From assembly GCF_052425735.1 (NCBI RefSeq), contig NC_135761.1:22878001-22942000 (forward strand): DNA of 64,000 nt. The letters run 5' to 3'. The notes under the pieces are model-generated. The model was given only the letters and a program-made list of their open reading frames with translations, did not search any database and was not told where the DNA came from. Shown one piece after another: positions 48,093 to 64,000 of this stretch. Made by a program: the position numbers and the translations under genes. Position 1 is the first letter of the stretch. Every line of letters starts with the position of its first letter. The stretch comes from Oculina patagonica. Lineage: Eukaryota.

Positions 48093-50826
48093 TCAAACAA
48101 GTGGATAGCTGGCGCTAGTGGCTATTCCACACTGGTTATTCTTGTTCCTAGACATCATGATGTAACCTTCCATGCCCCAGCCAGTACCCCAGGAGTTCTT
48201 GACCAGCCAGTAGTCTTGGCCTTGATAAGTTCCATAACCAACAACAAGCACACCATGATCCAGCTGAGTACTGCTGCAGCGCCTGTTAAAAAAGTAACAA
48301 ATGCTCTTAAACTAAGTTGAACATCGTGACGCACAACACTACACTTATTGCATCGAACGGATTTGTCTGTTTGGGTCGTCACGCAACGCTTTGGAGCGTT
48401 CTGTGACCTGCGCTATGGGAGCCTGGAAACTGTTAGTTTTGGTTGTTTTTGTCTTCTATTAAGGACTTTGGTGGAAACGGATTTTTTTTTGCTGGTATGA
48501 ACTTCCTATCTTCCTTTTGTAAAAAATATATACCATGGCTCTGCAGCCGTAATTCCGTCACGCATCGCTTCTCTTTAAAGACGTGACGATCCAAATACTA
48601 AGGCTCTAATAAAACTAGATTCTTCTCTCAAACTGAAGGAACCTTTTGCGAGGGAGGCGGGCTAAGGTAACAAAGATTGAAAAAGTACTTACGGTTCATT
48701 GTAGACTCCACTGTGATAGAACTGAAACGACATATGGCTGGCGTCAATGGCGACGGAGATTGGGCCTACTGTGGCGGTGGCGGACTGGAGACCAGATTCG
48801 CTTCCTTGAGGAACGTCCACGAATCCTGGAAAAAAGTGACAATGATTAATTGAAATCCAAAAACTCCTTTCTAGCCCATACATTTTTAATACTATCAGTA
48901 AGGAGAATTAAAATTATCATTAATTCCTTGCAGGTCACTGTTGTCATCAGAATGGAGAATTTAATTAACCATCAGTAGAATTTCGTCGCTTGAAGTTTAG
49001 AACTTTTCCTAATTGTTCCTGGGACTTAAATCTTCGATACTAGGTGGAAACTGGGGCCTTGTACCCAGGCGTTTCGCCCGTACTGCTTGTTCGTTTGCGG
49101 CTAAAATTTTCCCGCGCTTTTCCGGCAAAAGAGCCCTGCGTAAAAACTCTTAAGCATGTCTCAATTCTCTTACCGGTGTCTGTGGCTCCAACGCTGCTTG
49201 CACTAAAATGGCAGTTGTCATTTCGCGCCTCATACGGGTAACTAGCCTCGGTGTCGATTCCTCCATTAGCCTTGATGTACTTAAAGGCATAATCCATGAG
49301 TCCGCCCTGGCAGCCATGATTTCCATAACTTGTGGAGCAGTCAACCAGATTCTGTTCGCTAAGTGAGACGAGTTGTCCTGTTTTCTTGAAGTGCTGTCCT
49401 TCCAGTGATCCGGTTGTACTGAACGCCCAGCAAGAACCACACTGCCCTGCAGGAGAATAAAACAGATTAGACATAGGAAATGACTATCAAATTCGTTTAA
49501 ACTATGTATTAAAGGAATGTTTAAATAAACCACCAAATGCAAAAGAAAATACAGATGGCCAAAAGTGTCGAAGATTGAAAATATGTGTTTATGCAATATG
49601 GTACGGTGGAACTTTCAAAGCTTATCTTGTCTGCTTGTAACTTTAAATTATAACACCCGGGAGACACACAGGACTGCAATAAAGCTATGGTTTTGTCTTT
49701 AACCGAATCATAGAAAATCATTTTTTGCAAACATTATTTTTCATGTAACGAACATTTGACAAAATTAAAAAAAAAACATACAATTTACTGCAAACAAGGT
49801 ACTCTGAGGTACTAACAATACTTTTCCGATGCAGATATCTCCAACTGGGATAGTTGCAGACAGTTTGCGAAATCACAGGAGAATCAGTGTCAAACTGTGA
49901 CAGTTTAACCAAATGGCGCAATTACTAAATAAATTATTTTTCTTCTGTTATTGATTTGTAGGCAATTTACACTTTTGTCACAAAAGTAGAATTTTTAATG
50001 AGGGTGAGTGGAGAATTTTCAGTCTTCATACCTTGATTTTTGACTCCTGTGACGTAACCCTCCTTTCTCCAATCAACTTCAGTTGGCAAGCTCACGTGAC
50101 TAGGTTCCAGGAAGGTCGAGCCGCTTCTCTTGGTCTCGTTGGAAAAGTGGCTTCGCATTCCAAGGTAAAAGAAGCTGTATTCATCTTGAGTGAGGTCTCC
50201 AAAGTGGTTCATGGCCAACACATGTGATCGACCTTGAGAGTTGTGCTCGGCGATTTTCTGGTGAGAAAATAATAGAAAAAAGTCATGAAATCATAAAATG
50301 ACTTGGAAACCACCATGTTACGAAAAATTCTTTCTAGACAATAGCTCAGTGGGATTTTCTCCCGCCGCGCGTAGTTTCACTGAAACCGGGGCCTCAAAAC
50401 CGTCCCGCAAATTTCAGGAATGTCCGTACTTGTACAGTTAGATCTTAATTAATCGATTCCGGCGTAATTACGACATTTCTTTTACTAGAATCAACCCATT
50501 AATTCCGAAAATGCGCTCCTGACCATGCACTGAACTGTATTGTACAAATCTTTTTACAAATCATGCAGCGTTACATAATTAATTTGCAAGCGGCCAAGTT
50601 TGCGATTTTTAAGAGGAAATCGCTAAGCTTTTGATTTTTTACGATCGCAACTTACCATGAGGTTGTCTTTCCAAATAGCTTTCCTTGCATCCTCCTCGCT
50701 CTCGGTAGCGTAGCTTTTCCCATGAAAATTCTTCCACGCTTTCCATTGCAATTCATCTTCTTCTACCTTGAGGACGAAGCCATTTGCCACAGCCAAGCAC
50801 AACAAGAAAGCCAGAAATCCCTTCAT
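48093..50826 (-). CDS. CTSL: Cathepsin L-like cysteine protease copy C, intact, 330 aa
   Basis: Exons 50826-50656, 50257-50032, 49446-49174, 48825-48693, 48282-48093; [23 protein letters not shown]. Confidence 0.93.
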
Positions 50827-52377
50827 TTTGCTGCTTCGGGGTGAAGAAAGGTGTAGAAATCCTAGAGAAATTGTTCTTTTACTTCTCCGGTGCGCCAGTG
50901 AAGGAATATGAGTAACCACGCGGCTTGGAGAGTTATAAGTAGTGTCTCTAACAAAAGGTCACAAGACTTTCTAATGACGTGTGACGCATCACGAGTAAAA
51001 CAGACTACTACATTGCGACAGTCCCATGACATGAACAAGCGATGAAATACAAGATGCATACACACAATTGTCGGGGTTTCGTTTTACCTAAAACATAAAA
51101 CCCGATTTTTGGACACGTTTTTACTTTAATAGTGAAGTAAAGACAGTAAATGAGAATATGATATATTTCTAACTGAAAACCAAGGGTATTTTTTCTTAAC
51201 AAAGTTATTAAGAAAGAATCCTAGACAGCAATAACTTTTCGTAAGTTTATCACGAGGATATCGGCACGTGCCCTGTCACGAGTTCTACTCGAGACTTTCC
51301 GCCGTCACATTCACAGTGAGCTGAGCATGTCAAAAATTGCTGAGTAAGGGTGGTCATTGGTTTTTTATCCTGTTTTACGTGGAGAGTACTTTCTATAGTA
51401 AACTGTACGAAACTTTCAAGGTCTTTAATTACCTTTACTGAGTACATTGAGAAAAAAACAAGCTCGCTATTAACGCTTTTTTGAACGTAACAACGGGTCA
51501 CGGACCCCGGGGGTGCCGTTGGGGCGGGGCATTCTAGTCCGCAGAGCCCACGATCCTTCTGGTCAGCGCCAGGGACAAAGGATCGGGTAGGAACGTCATG
51601 TATGGGGAACTATTATGTCCCCAATATATAATTAGCACTATACTCTAGTGTGGGACGAAAATGGGGCGGAGAGGTTTCATCCGTGCATGCCTAACGCACT
51701 GCGGCATTAGAAATCTGGCAACACTTTCAACTTCATGCAAGAAGTTGGCGAGTCACTCAAAAACAGATAGCAGCTTTCTAGATCATAGAGCCTCAGCCAT
51801 TTCGTAGACTCGATTTCCGCCGCCTTCTCGAGTCCGGTCTTTGTTCCGCGAGCTCATTTTCCTGACAAATGGGGGGGGGGGGGTAGTGGGGCTCCATTTT
51901 TGGTTTCTGTATTATTTGCCTTAATTCCAAATCAGATGGTCCAAAAGGGAAGGAACAACAGATTAGTGAATTCGACTATAGCATCACTATTTCCTGGCCT
52001 GGTGTTCTGTACCCAAGGCTCTTCGAGTCCGGTTGAAGGCTTGCACGAGCCATTTTCCCGCCCTTTCTACATAATCGCTGGTTTCCCGCACACCGGTGAT
52101 TAGCCTGCGAAGAGCACACGCCTGCGCGGCTGCGCCTGGACGACTGAGCGTTCCAGCTGCAACATAAACAGCTCGAGAAATATTTTTTTCACTGCACGTT
52201 TTTATGTATTGTAATTCTTTGACTAATTAAGCTCTTGAATGCTCATCAAAGGCTTTGTGAACAATTCACGATAAACATTAACTTTAACATTACAGTTAAC
52301 TTTTGAAACACATCTCTTGATAAATTAACCCTCAAATTCACTCATTAATTCACAGTTAATTCAGCTTTGACTTGTGA

Positions 52378-57747
<5,370 letters not shown>

Positions 57748-58869
57748 TTTGCTGCTGCAGCGTCCAGTTATTTGTCTAAATAAACCTGCTTTAGAGTTCG
57801 TACAACAAGTGGTACACTGACGTAACGTAACTGCCTCGCCCCAGTGTTGAGGTCACTCAGGATCTGCCATGCATAAATTCGGTGACGTCACCGCTCACGA
57901 TAGAACCCAGCCTCCCTTGTGCCGAGCACACCGAGTTACTAGGCTGCATAAAAAAAAAATTATCTAGGGGAGAGGTGTCATTTTCTAAAGGTCTAAATCT
58001 TTGAATTTTGACAGCGATTTCACTTTTAAAACTTTGAAACAGGGCATGGGCGGATGATGGAAATATCCGCGTAAATGTTTTACAGGACACTTTGCTTAAT
58101 TTAATTTAATTTAATTTAATTTAATTTAATTTAAGAAAAACAAGAAATTATGAAATAGGTTTTATGATATTGCTATAAATAATTAGTATCATAAGTTCAG
58201 AAACGAATGTATCTTGTGGAAGCAAGTGAAAAAGTGCTGATAGCAGATTTTGCCCTTTATAAGTGTGTTCGCTATAGGTTTTTAAATACTTACATTCTCT
58301 TTGATAAGGCTTTGGGTACATTATCCTTTCAGATGACCGAGGGTCTGGCCGCACTGGTCCGATATTTTTGTGTCAGCACGGTCAGGATTGTCATGAAACT
58401 TGCAGATATAAAACTTTAGAGCTCTGAGGCTTATTTGGAATAAAGTTTGGAAAAATCTGTCGTCGGGTTTTAGATTTCTCTGTTGCTAAAAAACTAATAA
58501 ACTAATAAATGCGAACATTTTTCATTTAAGATGCAAAAAATCAAAGAAATTGGAGAAATCATTTCCTGCCAAAACGCTCGATTCTTAGAGTTTTTTCTGG
58601 AGCTGGGGGGGAAGTTGCGCGCGAAGAACGAAGTATTGTTTAGCGAATAAAATGGAAGCGCGTCCATCCGGCGTTCGATTGCATCCCCCCGCCCCCGTGA
58701 AAAATGCTGCATACGGCCGGCAAAGTTTTGTTGGGGTATTAAATGGTAACGCGTTCAAAGCGCTTTCAAACCTTATAATTTCACACAGTTTGGGGCGTAT
58801 TTTGGTTATTTATTTTTACTCCTTAAAAACCCCAGGTTCAAGCTTAAGGTGTTTGTGTATTATGGTTAA

Positions 58870-59254
58870 AGGCGCAGTATCATGAGAATTCTTATAAGTT
58901 TTTGTGTAAACTATAATAGAACTATGACGGTGCACGATCAGTGATCAATAAAATAACCTATAGACAACGAAGGAAGGCAGAAATTTATTCTCCAAGGTGT
59001 GAATAATGTAATCAATGGTTTATAAGTGATATTCTTCCAAGTAGCACTGTCAAACTTGAAAACGTCGGCCCGACTTTTTCAAAGTTTTCGGCCACTACTG
59101 TCCTATCTGTCCTTAGCCAAACCACCTTTTAACAATTTTCATGACAAGTACAGTACGTTTTATCAAGGCCAGACCACTATTAGTGGATTTCCAATTGATA
59201 CCAACACCTTCATTGCATTTTTAAGTGGCACTAAATTATGGTGACACTGCCCCT
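58870..59254. mobile_element. TTAA-flanked (Kolobok-like) non-autonomous element
   Basis: TTAA-AGGCGCAGTATCA ... TGACACTGCCCCT-TTAA. Confidence 0.7.
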
Positions 59255-59620
59255 TTAAAAAGGAAAGAAAGAAGTAACAGCAAAAACGTGAACAGTGTGG
59301 ACCCAGTGTGTCGCTGCATCACGAGCATGCGATGCAAGTTAAACGTTCGGCAGTTTCTTGGTCCGTCATGTAGTTTGTCATGATGTGTCTTACGATGGTT
59401 CTGACGCGCACACAGTTCGAAGAAAACCTCTAGTCGGAGTCGGAGCTTCGTCTGGTATGTTGTTATACATTTTATCCTAGCTCAAACTTACTGACAATAA
59501 AACTGTGGCAAGTCTATTGTACAGGTCTCTTATTTCCTTTAATTCAACATTCTTCCCGAAAATATGGTACAGAGTGTTCGGAAAACGAATCAACGCAACT
59601 TGAGAAGAGAGGGGTGCGGC

Positions 59621-60155
59621 TAGGCCTTTCTCGATTATGCTAGCATTTTTTTCGGCATTTTTTGGGAAAACGAGCATTTTTTTTCGTTTTTTCTTGAAAA
59701 AGAATTGCTAGCATTTTCTGTCTTTTTTCATGACTGTGATCCAGATTTCAGAACTCAGAAGGATAAATAATCCTAAAGTTTCACAATTTTGATTACTTAA
59801 CTTGATTGTTTTCTGTCTGTTTCGACTGTTTGTGCGTTGTGTTACTTGTTTACTTCTGTTGTGTTACTTGTGTGTGTTTTTTTAATTTTTTTAAAAATAT
59901 TTTTTTTTAATTTTTTTTTAATTTTTTTAATTTTTTTTATAAACAAACAATTATTAAGTATCACCTGTTGTTGACTGATATGAGCATATAATGTAAGAGT
60001 TTGTACGTTTTGTTTGAAATAAAACAAAGCATTCTTTGGAATTCAAGTGGCATTTTATAAAGAAATCAGGCATTATTTTAGCATTTTTTGGCTTTATGCG
60101 AGAATTTCTAGTAGCATTAAATGCCAGTTTTATTAGCATAATCGAGAAAGGCCTA
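59621..60155. mobile_element. hAT-type MITE with 8-bp TSD
   Basis: TIR TAGGCCTTTCTCGATTATGCTA / TAGCATAATCGAGAAAGGCCTA; GGTGCGGC duplicated at 59613-59620 and 60156-60163. Confidence 0.88.
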
Positions 60156-60814
60156 GGTGCGGCTAGTCCGCGCTCCCCCCGCTTTCACCAGTACATCTGG
60201 CATTTCCCTCCTAAATCAAACTAATTCAGTCACCTAAATGACTTGGGTCTCAATTGGTACATTCTTTATCTAATAAAGTTAAACTTCAATATACATACCC
60301 CCCGGGGGGGGGGGGGTATATACCTACACGACATCACATTTACCTAAAACGGGAAGTTTTCTTGTCATTTTTAAGTAGCGCTTAAAACATTAAGACGATA
60401 CAGCCAAAAGTTGAGTCTGCTCGAAATATTTAATGTAAAGGCCTTTTAAAATATCATTATGGCAGATTTCCCTACCCTTTCATATACCTAAATTTGTGAA
60501 ATCCCTACCCTTTTATATACCTGGAGCCTGAAAAAGGTACCCCTTTCAGGCGGAGCCTCCCCGTATAGGCCATTATAGGGAGTACCCCCCCCCCCCGGAT
60601 ACATACATATTGGCACAAAGTGTTCGGACGCCCCTCACCTGTGTGGTTTTGCTACACAATGCGAAATTGTGCTTAACAAGTAAGAATGCATTATTTTGTT
60701 AACGAGAATGTTTTGCAAAGTGGTTAAACTCCAAAGCTAAAGTGCTTCAAGAAATCGAGTTGCTGTTGAAGTTAATTAGTTGTTTTAGTTAAAGTTTTAT
60801 ACTACAGTCCCTGT

Positions 60815-61219
60815 TTAGTCTATCGAGGACCGTTTGTCCTTTGTTGCCCGCTTCTTCGTTTGCCGACGACGCCTCTTGTCACCCTCTTTCAATACATCCA
60901 CAGCGTTTGCTTCGTCCGGAATGCACTCGTACCAGATTTTTAAATACTTGTACACGTTACCGCAACTGTCGTCGTCAAAGAAAATGTTTGAAGCCACTAC
61001 TTCGCAGGCTTGTTTGTTTTTACACTGTCCATTAATCTTTGCCAAAGTGTTTTCTGCATTCGTCTCGCACAGGTCCGATGTGAGCTCAGCTGGAATCTTG
61101 GGACACGTCACGTGATCGTCACGACCCCAGAATGCCTTGATAATCTTGATGAGCTCGTATTGTTTGCATTGTACCCAGCCTTTCTCGCCTTCGCAGATCA
61201 CAGTGAAGTCCGGCAAGAG
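60815..61219 (-). CDS. Terminal exon encoding a SUEL/rhamnose-galactose-binding lectin domain with a basic tail
   Basis: Acceptor TTTCAG at 61225-61220 (phase 0); VICEGEKGWVQC...IKAFWGRDDHVTC...QCKNKQACEVVASNIFFDDDSCGNVYKYLKIWYEC shows the 8-Cys SUEL pattern; stop at 60815. Confidence 0.82.
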   Translation of the reverse strand, partial: LLPDFTVICEGEKGWVQCKQYELIKIIKAFWGRDDHVTCPKIPAELTSDLCETNAENTLAKINGQCKNKQACEVVASNIFFDDDSCGNVYKYLKIWYECIPDEANAVDVLKEGDKRRRRQTKKRATKDKRSSID

Positions 61220-61386
61220 CTGAAACGAGACGTGTTGGTGAGAGTGGTGCGTGAACGCTTCATTCGTTCAACTTATTATATTTTCTCTTCTCGATTAAAT
61301 TCTTAGAGGAAATTAAAGGAAATGAGTTGGTGTTTGTGTAAAACAGTTTTAGAGGTTTGTGGATAATTCACTACCTGGTTTGAATA

Positions 61387-61826
61387 CAGTAAAAACCGGC
61401 GTGTAAGAACCTAGGGATTTAAGAACCTTTTCGCAGAAATTTGCTTTTCTAATACCCCAAAATATAAGAACCTGTTTAGCCAAACAAATTCCAACAGGTT
61501 CTTATATGTGGGGTTTAACTATTTACTTTATATATTTTTTTTACCAAAATCCAAAAAGGTGATGTTATATACAGTACTGTATCATTGATCAATTTAAAAT
61601 GCTGTTGGACTTTTGGCAACATGAGTACATTAATAAATATTTATATTAAAGAACAGACCAGATTTTATACTATTTTCTGATAATCAACAACAATGTCTAC
61701 TCTGTAGAAATTAAGAACCTAATTAAGAATCTACTTAGCCTAAACTGTCAAAAAGTACCCCATAATACAAGAACCTGTTTTGCCAAACTCTGAAAAAAGT
61801 AGGTTCTTACACGTGGGTTTTTACTG
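61387..61826. mobile_element. Tc1/mariner-type MITE
   Basis: TA-CAGTAAAAACCGGCGTGTAAGAACCTA ... TAGGTTCTTACACGTGGGTTTTTACTG-TA; internal AAGAACCT repeats. Confidence 0.82.
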
Positions 61827-61914
61827 TACTAGGAGTTTTGTTTATGCTTTGTTTGCTTTCAAATCCATTAGTTATACGCATTGCTTCACACGTTTCCTCA
61901 TTAAAACGTAGTTG

Positions 61915-62100
61915 CCAATTTCGCTAACTGTAGATTCTAAAGAAGGCAGGTTTGCGGGGTCCGCAGTAGAAAATACAGACGCAAAATACGAATTTAAGCT
62001 GCTAGCAATACTGCTTTCGTCCGTCAATACTTCGTCGCCAGCGTTCAAGGACGTTCGCGCTAATTGTTTATGCGCATTCTTACTGCGCACGTAATTCATG
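61915..62100 (-). mobile_element. Fragment of a CR1/L2-like non-LTR retrotransposon ORF2
   Basis: NYVRSK...LTDESSIASSLNSYFASVFS resembles the linker between endonuclease and RT in CR1-clade LINEs. Confidence 0.55.
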
Positions 62101-63567
62101 TTGCAACGCCACGCCGCGTCATGTATAAGCGCGCTCGCTGAGAAAACTTTCCAAACAAATATAGGGTGGGTAGCTGTTGCCACTTCGCTTGCAGTTTCCG
62201 CTCTTAAACGGTCGGTGACCCCCATTTTTTTCGGGATAAAATAACCTTTTGGGATAGACCTCTACTGATAGACAAAAATAATCCAAATTTGAATGTTAAA
62301 AGTTTATTATTTTTCATTTTCTATTCCCGCGCGCGATCGAATCAGTCACATTTTGCTGCATTTTGCTGTTTTGAACGTTTGCAAATCCAATTGTTAAAGG
62401 AAAGGTTTACTCTTAGGGACTTTAATTTTAAAGTAAAATATATAGTTCAATAAACCCACTCAAATAAATTCGGACAAAGGAAGTAGGCCTGCATCATTTG
62501 TTGCCAGAAGCCGCAGAGGTCATAACGTGTGACGAAGTCAAATTTATCCAAATAAGCCCCTTCTTTGAGATATCGTTTCTCGAAAACAAATTCCGTGACC
62601 CCCAATTTGTTTTACATTTCTGACACTGAGTAACTTGTAAACTAGTAGTGGTGAAAGTTTAAGAAAAATTGCAGTGTTGGAAGATTTTCACGCGGATGTC
62701 CTTAAGGATACCAAAGTATTGGTACTACTAAATTTTCAAAAATTTAAGGTGGCTATGAAACTGCTCCAGAGAATTTCTTTAATTTTGCAAAAAGTTTTAT
62801 CTCAACATGCTGATCCTATTATTTAATAATAAAACATGGGGGTCATCGTACACGTTTTTGTGTTATAAGCACTTAAAGCTAAAATTATGGGTGTTTCAAC
62901 AACATATAGTGTTGCTATGACGTCAAGGAAATAAATCAATTATTACATTTTTTTGAAACAATTTTAAAACTTTCCGCTAATAGCTTACTATTTTAAGTAG
63001 AAAATGAACGGAGAAAAAAAAAAGATAGGCTGCCCTTGAAAATAAAAATGGCAACAAACAATGTGGTATGATCACACACAGTTCTGTTGTCGTGAGCGTG
63101 AAAAAACAAACAAACTAAACAAACAAAAAAACGCGGAGGGTCGAGGGAACGCGAATAAATGGCTGTGGATAACACAAGCAAAAAGAAAGCATGCTATTGC
63201 AGCCAAAAATCAACAAGTCGGAAAGACCGATTGTTATTGTTGTAAAATCAGCCTGAAAAATTAGCAACATGAGCAGAAAAAATGGCTCAATACTGTCGCC
63301 TGGAAACAAGCAAAAAAGTTTAATTAGTTCCAACTTCGGGTGTCAACTTTTTGGAAATGATCTCTAGCTATTGTTGCTAAGAGGTTTCTAAAAGCTGGAA
63401 ATTAGAATTAGAATATCAATGGTTGTGAGTGTCAAACATTTTTCTCCAAATGTTTTCTGTCGCAGCAACAGAGCTCATGTTTCTAAAGGTTTTGAATATG
63501 CGGGGCTTACAACAAATTCTATTCTTCAACTCAACCGAGAATTGAGGAAAAGTTATTTTCTCATATA

Positions 63568-63829
63568 CCGTATTTTCTCGATTAAACGCCGGGCCCCGAA
63601 TAAACGCCGGGTCTCCAAGCTGTATTTGAAAATTAAAACCCTTAAACAATTATTAAAGGTTTAATATGCCTTAAAAATAATGTCTACATATATAGCTGTC
63701 AAAAATAATGAATAAAAATCACTTCGTAGAAACATAGGGCTCGAACAAGCTCCTAAAATCAAATAAACGCCGGCTCTATCGGGCCAAGTTTGAAATAAAC
63801 GCTGGCTGCGTTTAATAGAGAAAATACGG
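63568..63829. mobile_element. Tc1/mariner-type MITE with TA TSD
   Basis: TA-CCGTATTTTCTCGATTAAACGC ... GCGTTTAATAGAGAAAATACGG-TA; absent from the paralogous intron at ~57455. Confidence 0.85.
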
Positions 63830-63921
63830 TATGCGAGGTTTATAAATCTGTCCTGAGATAAATAACGCGTTTATGAATAATCGATAGCTTTGAGATAATA
63901 ACGATTTGGTTTATGTCTTAC

Positions 63922-64000
63922 CATGTTGTTTTCGTTCCAGATTGCTCTCCTGGTCGCCTCCTCGCTCTCGCTAGCGTAGGTTTTGCCATGAAATTTCTTC
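63922..64000 (-). CDS. Partial exon 1 of a fifth cathepsin L-like copy (E); 5' part lies beyond the window
   Basis: KKFHGKTYASESEEATRRAIWNENNM|GTAAG, paralogous to copy D exon 1; intron sequence 63170-63920 matches copy D intron 1 (57060-57576). No cathepsin exons 2-5 follow. Confidence 0.8.

Overview
Eukaryotic, intron-rich, AT-rich animal DNA with two assembly gaps. The repeat families and gene content suggest an anthozoan or stony coral (inference). The window has two halves. (1) Positions 420-34129 form one ~33.7-kb DNA transposon. It has ~1.5-kb terminal inverted repeats with (GAAGTCY)n heptamer arrays near the tips and a ...GGCTTTCGTA terminus. It encodes an intact 5-exon IS3-like DD34E transposase (IS3EU-type; + strand, 515 aa) and two spliced cargo genes on the - strand: an intact RING-ZnF-MATH TRAF-like E3 ligase (363 aa) and a many-exon FAF1/FAF2-like UAS-coiled coil-UBX protein with duplicated exons. 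Its left tip is fused to the right end of a sibling element. Nested inside are MITEs, a 5S-rRNA-carrying inverted-repeat element, a tRNA-derived insertion and a Penelope-type fragment with a complete hammerhead ribozyme. (2) Positions 35.7-64 kb hold a tandem array of cathepsin L-like genes on the - strand: two catalytically intact copies, one Cys25Ser copy that keeps Gln/His/Asn (silicatein/testin-like triad), one copy lacking Gln19/Cys25/His159 with a premature stop, and an orphan fifth exon 1 that is phase-compatible with a downstream SUEL/Gal-lectin exon. All gene models were spliced by eye from GT-AG sites; no database searches were run.
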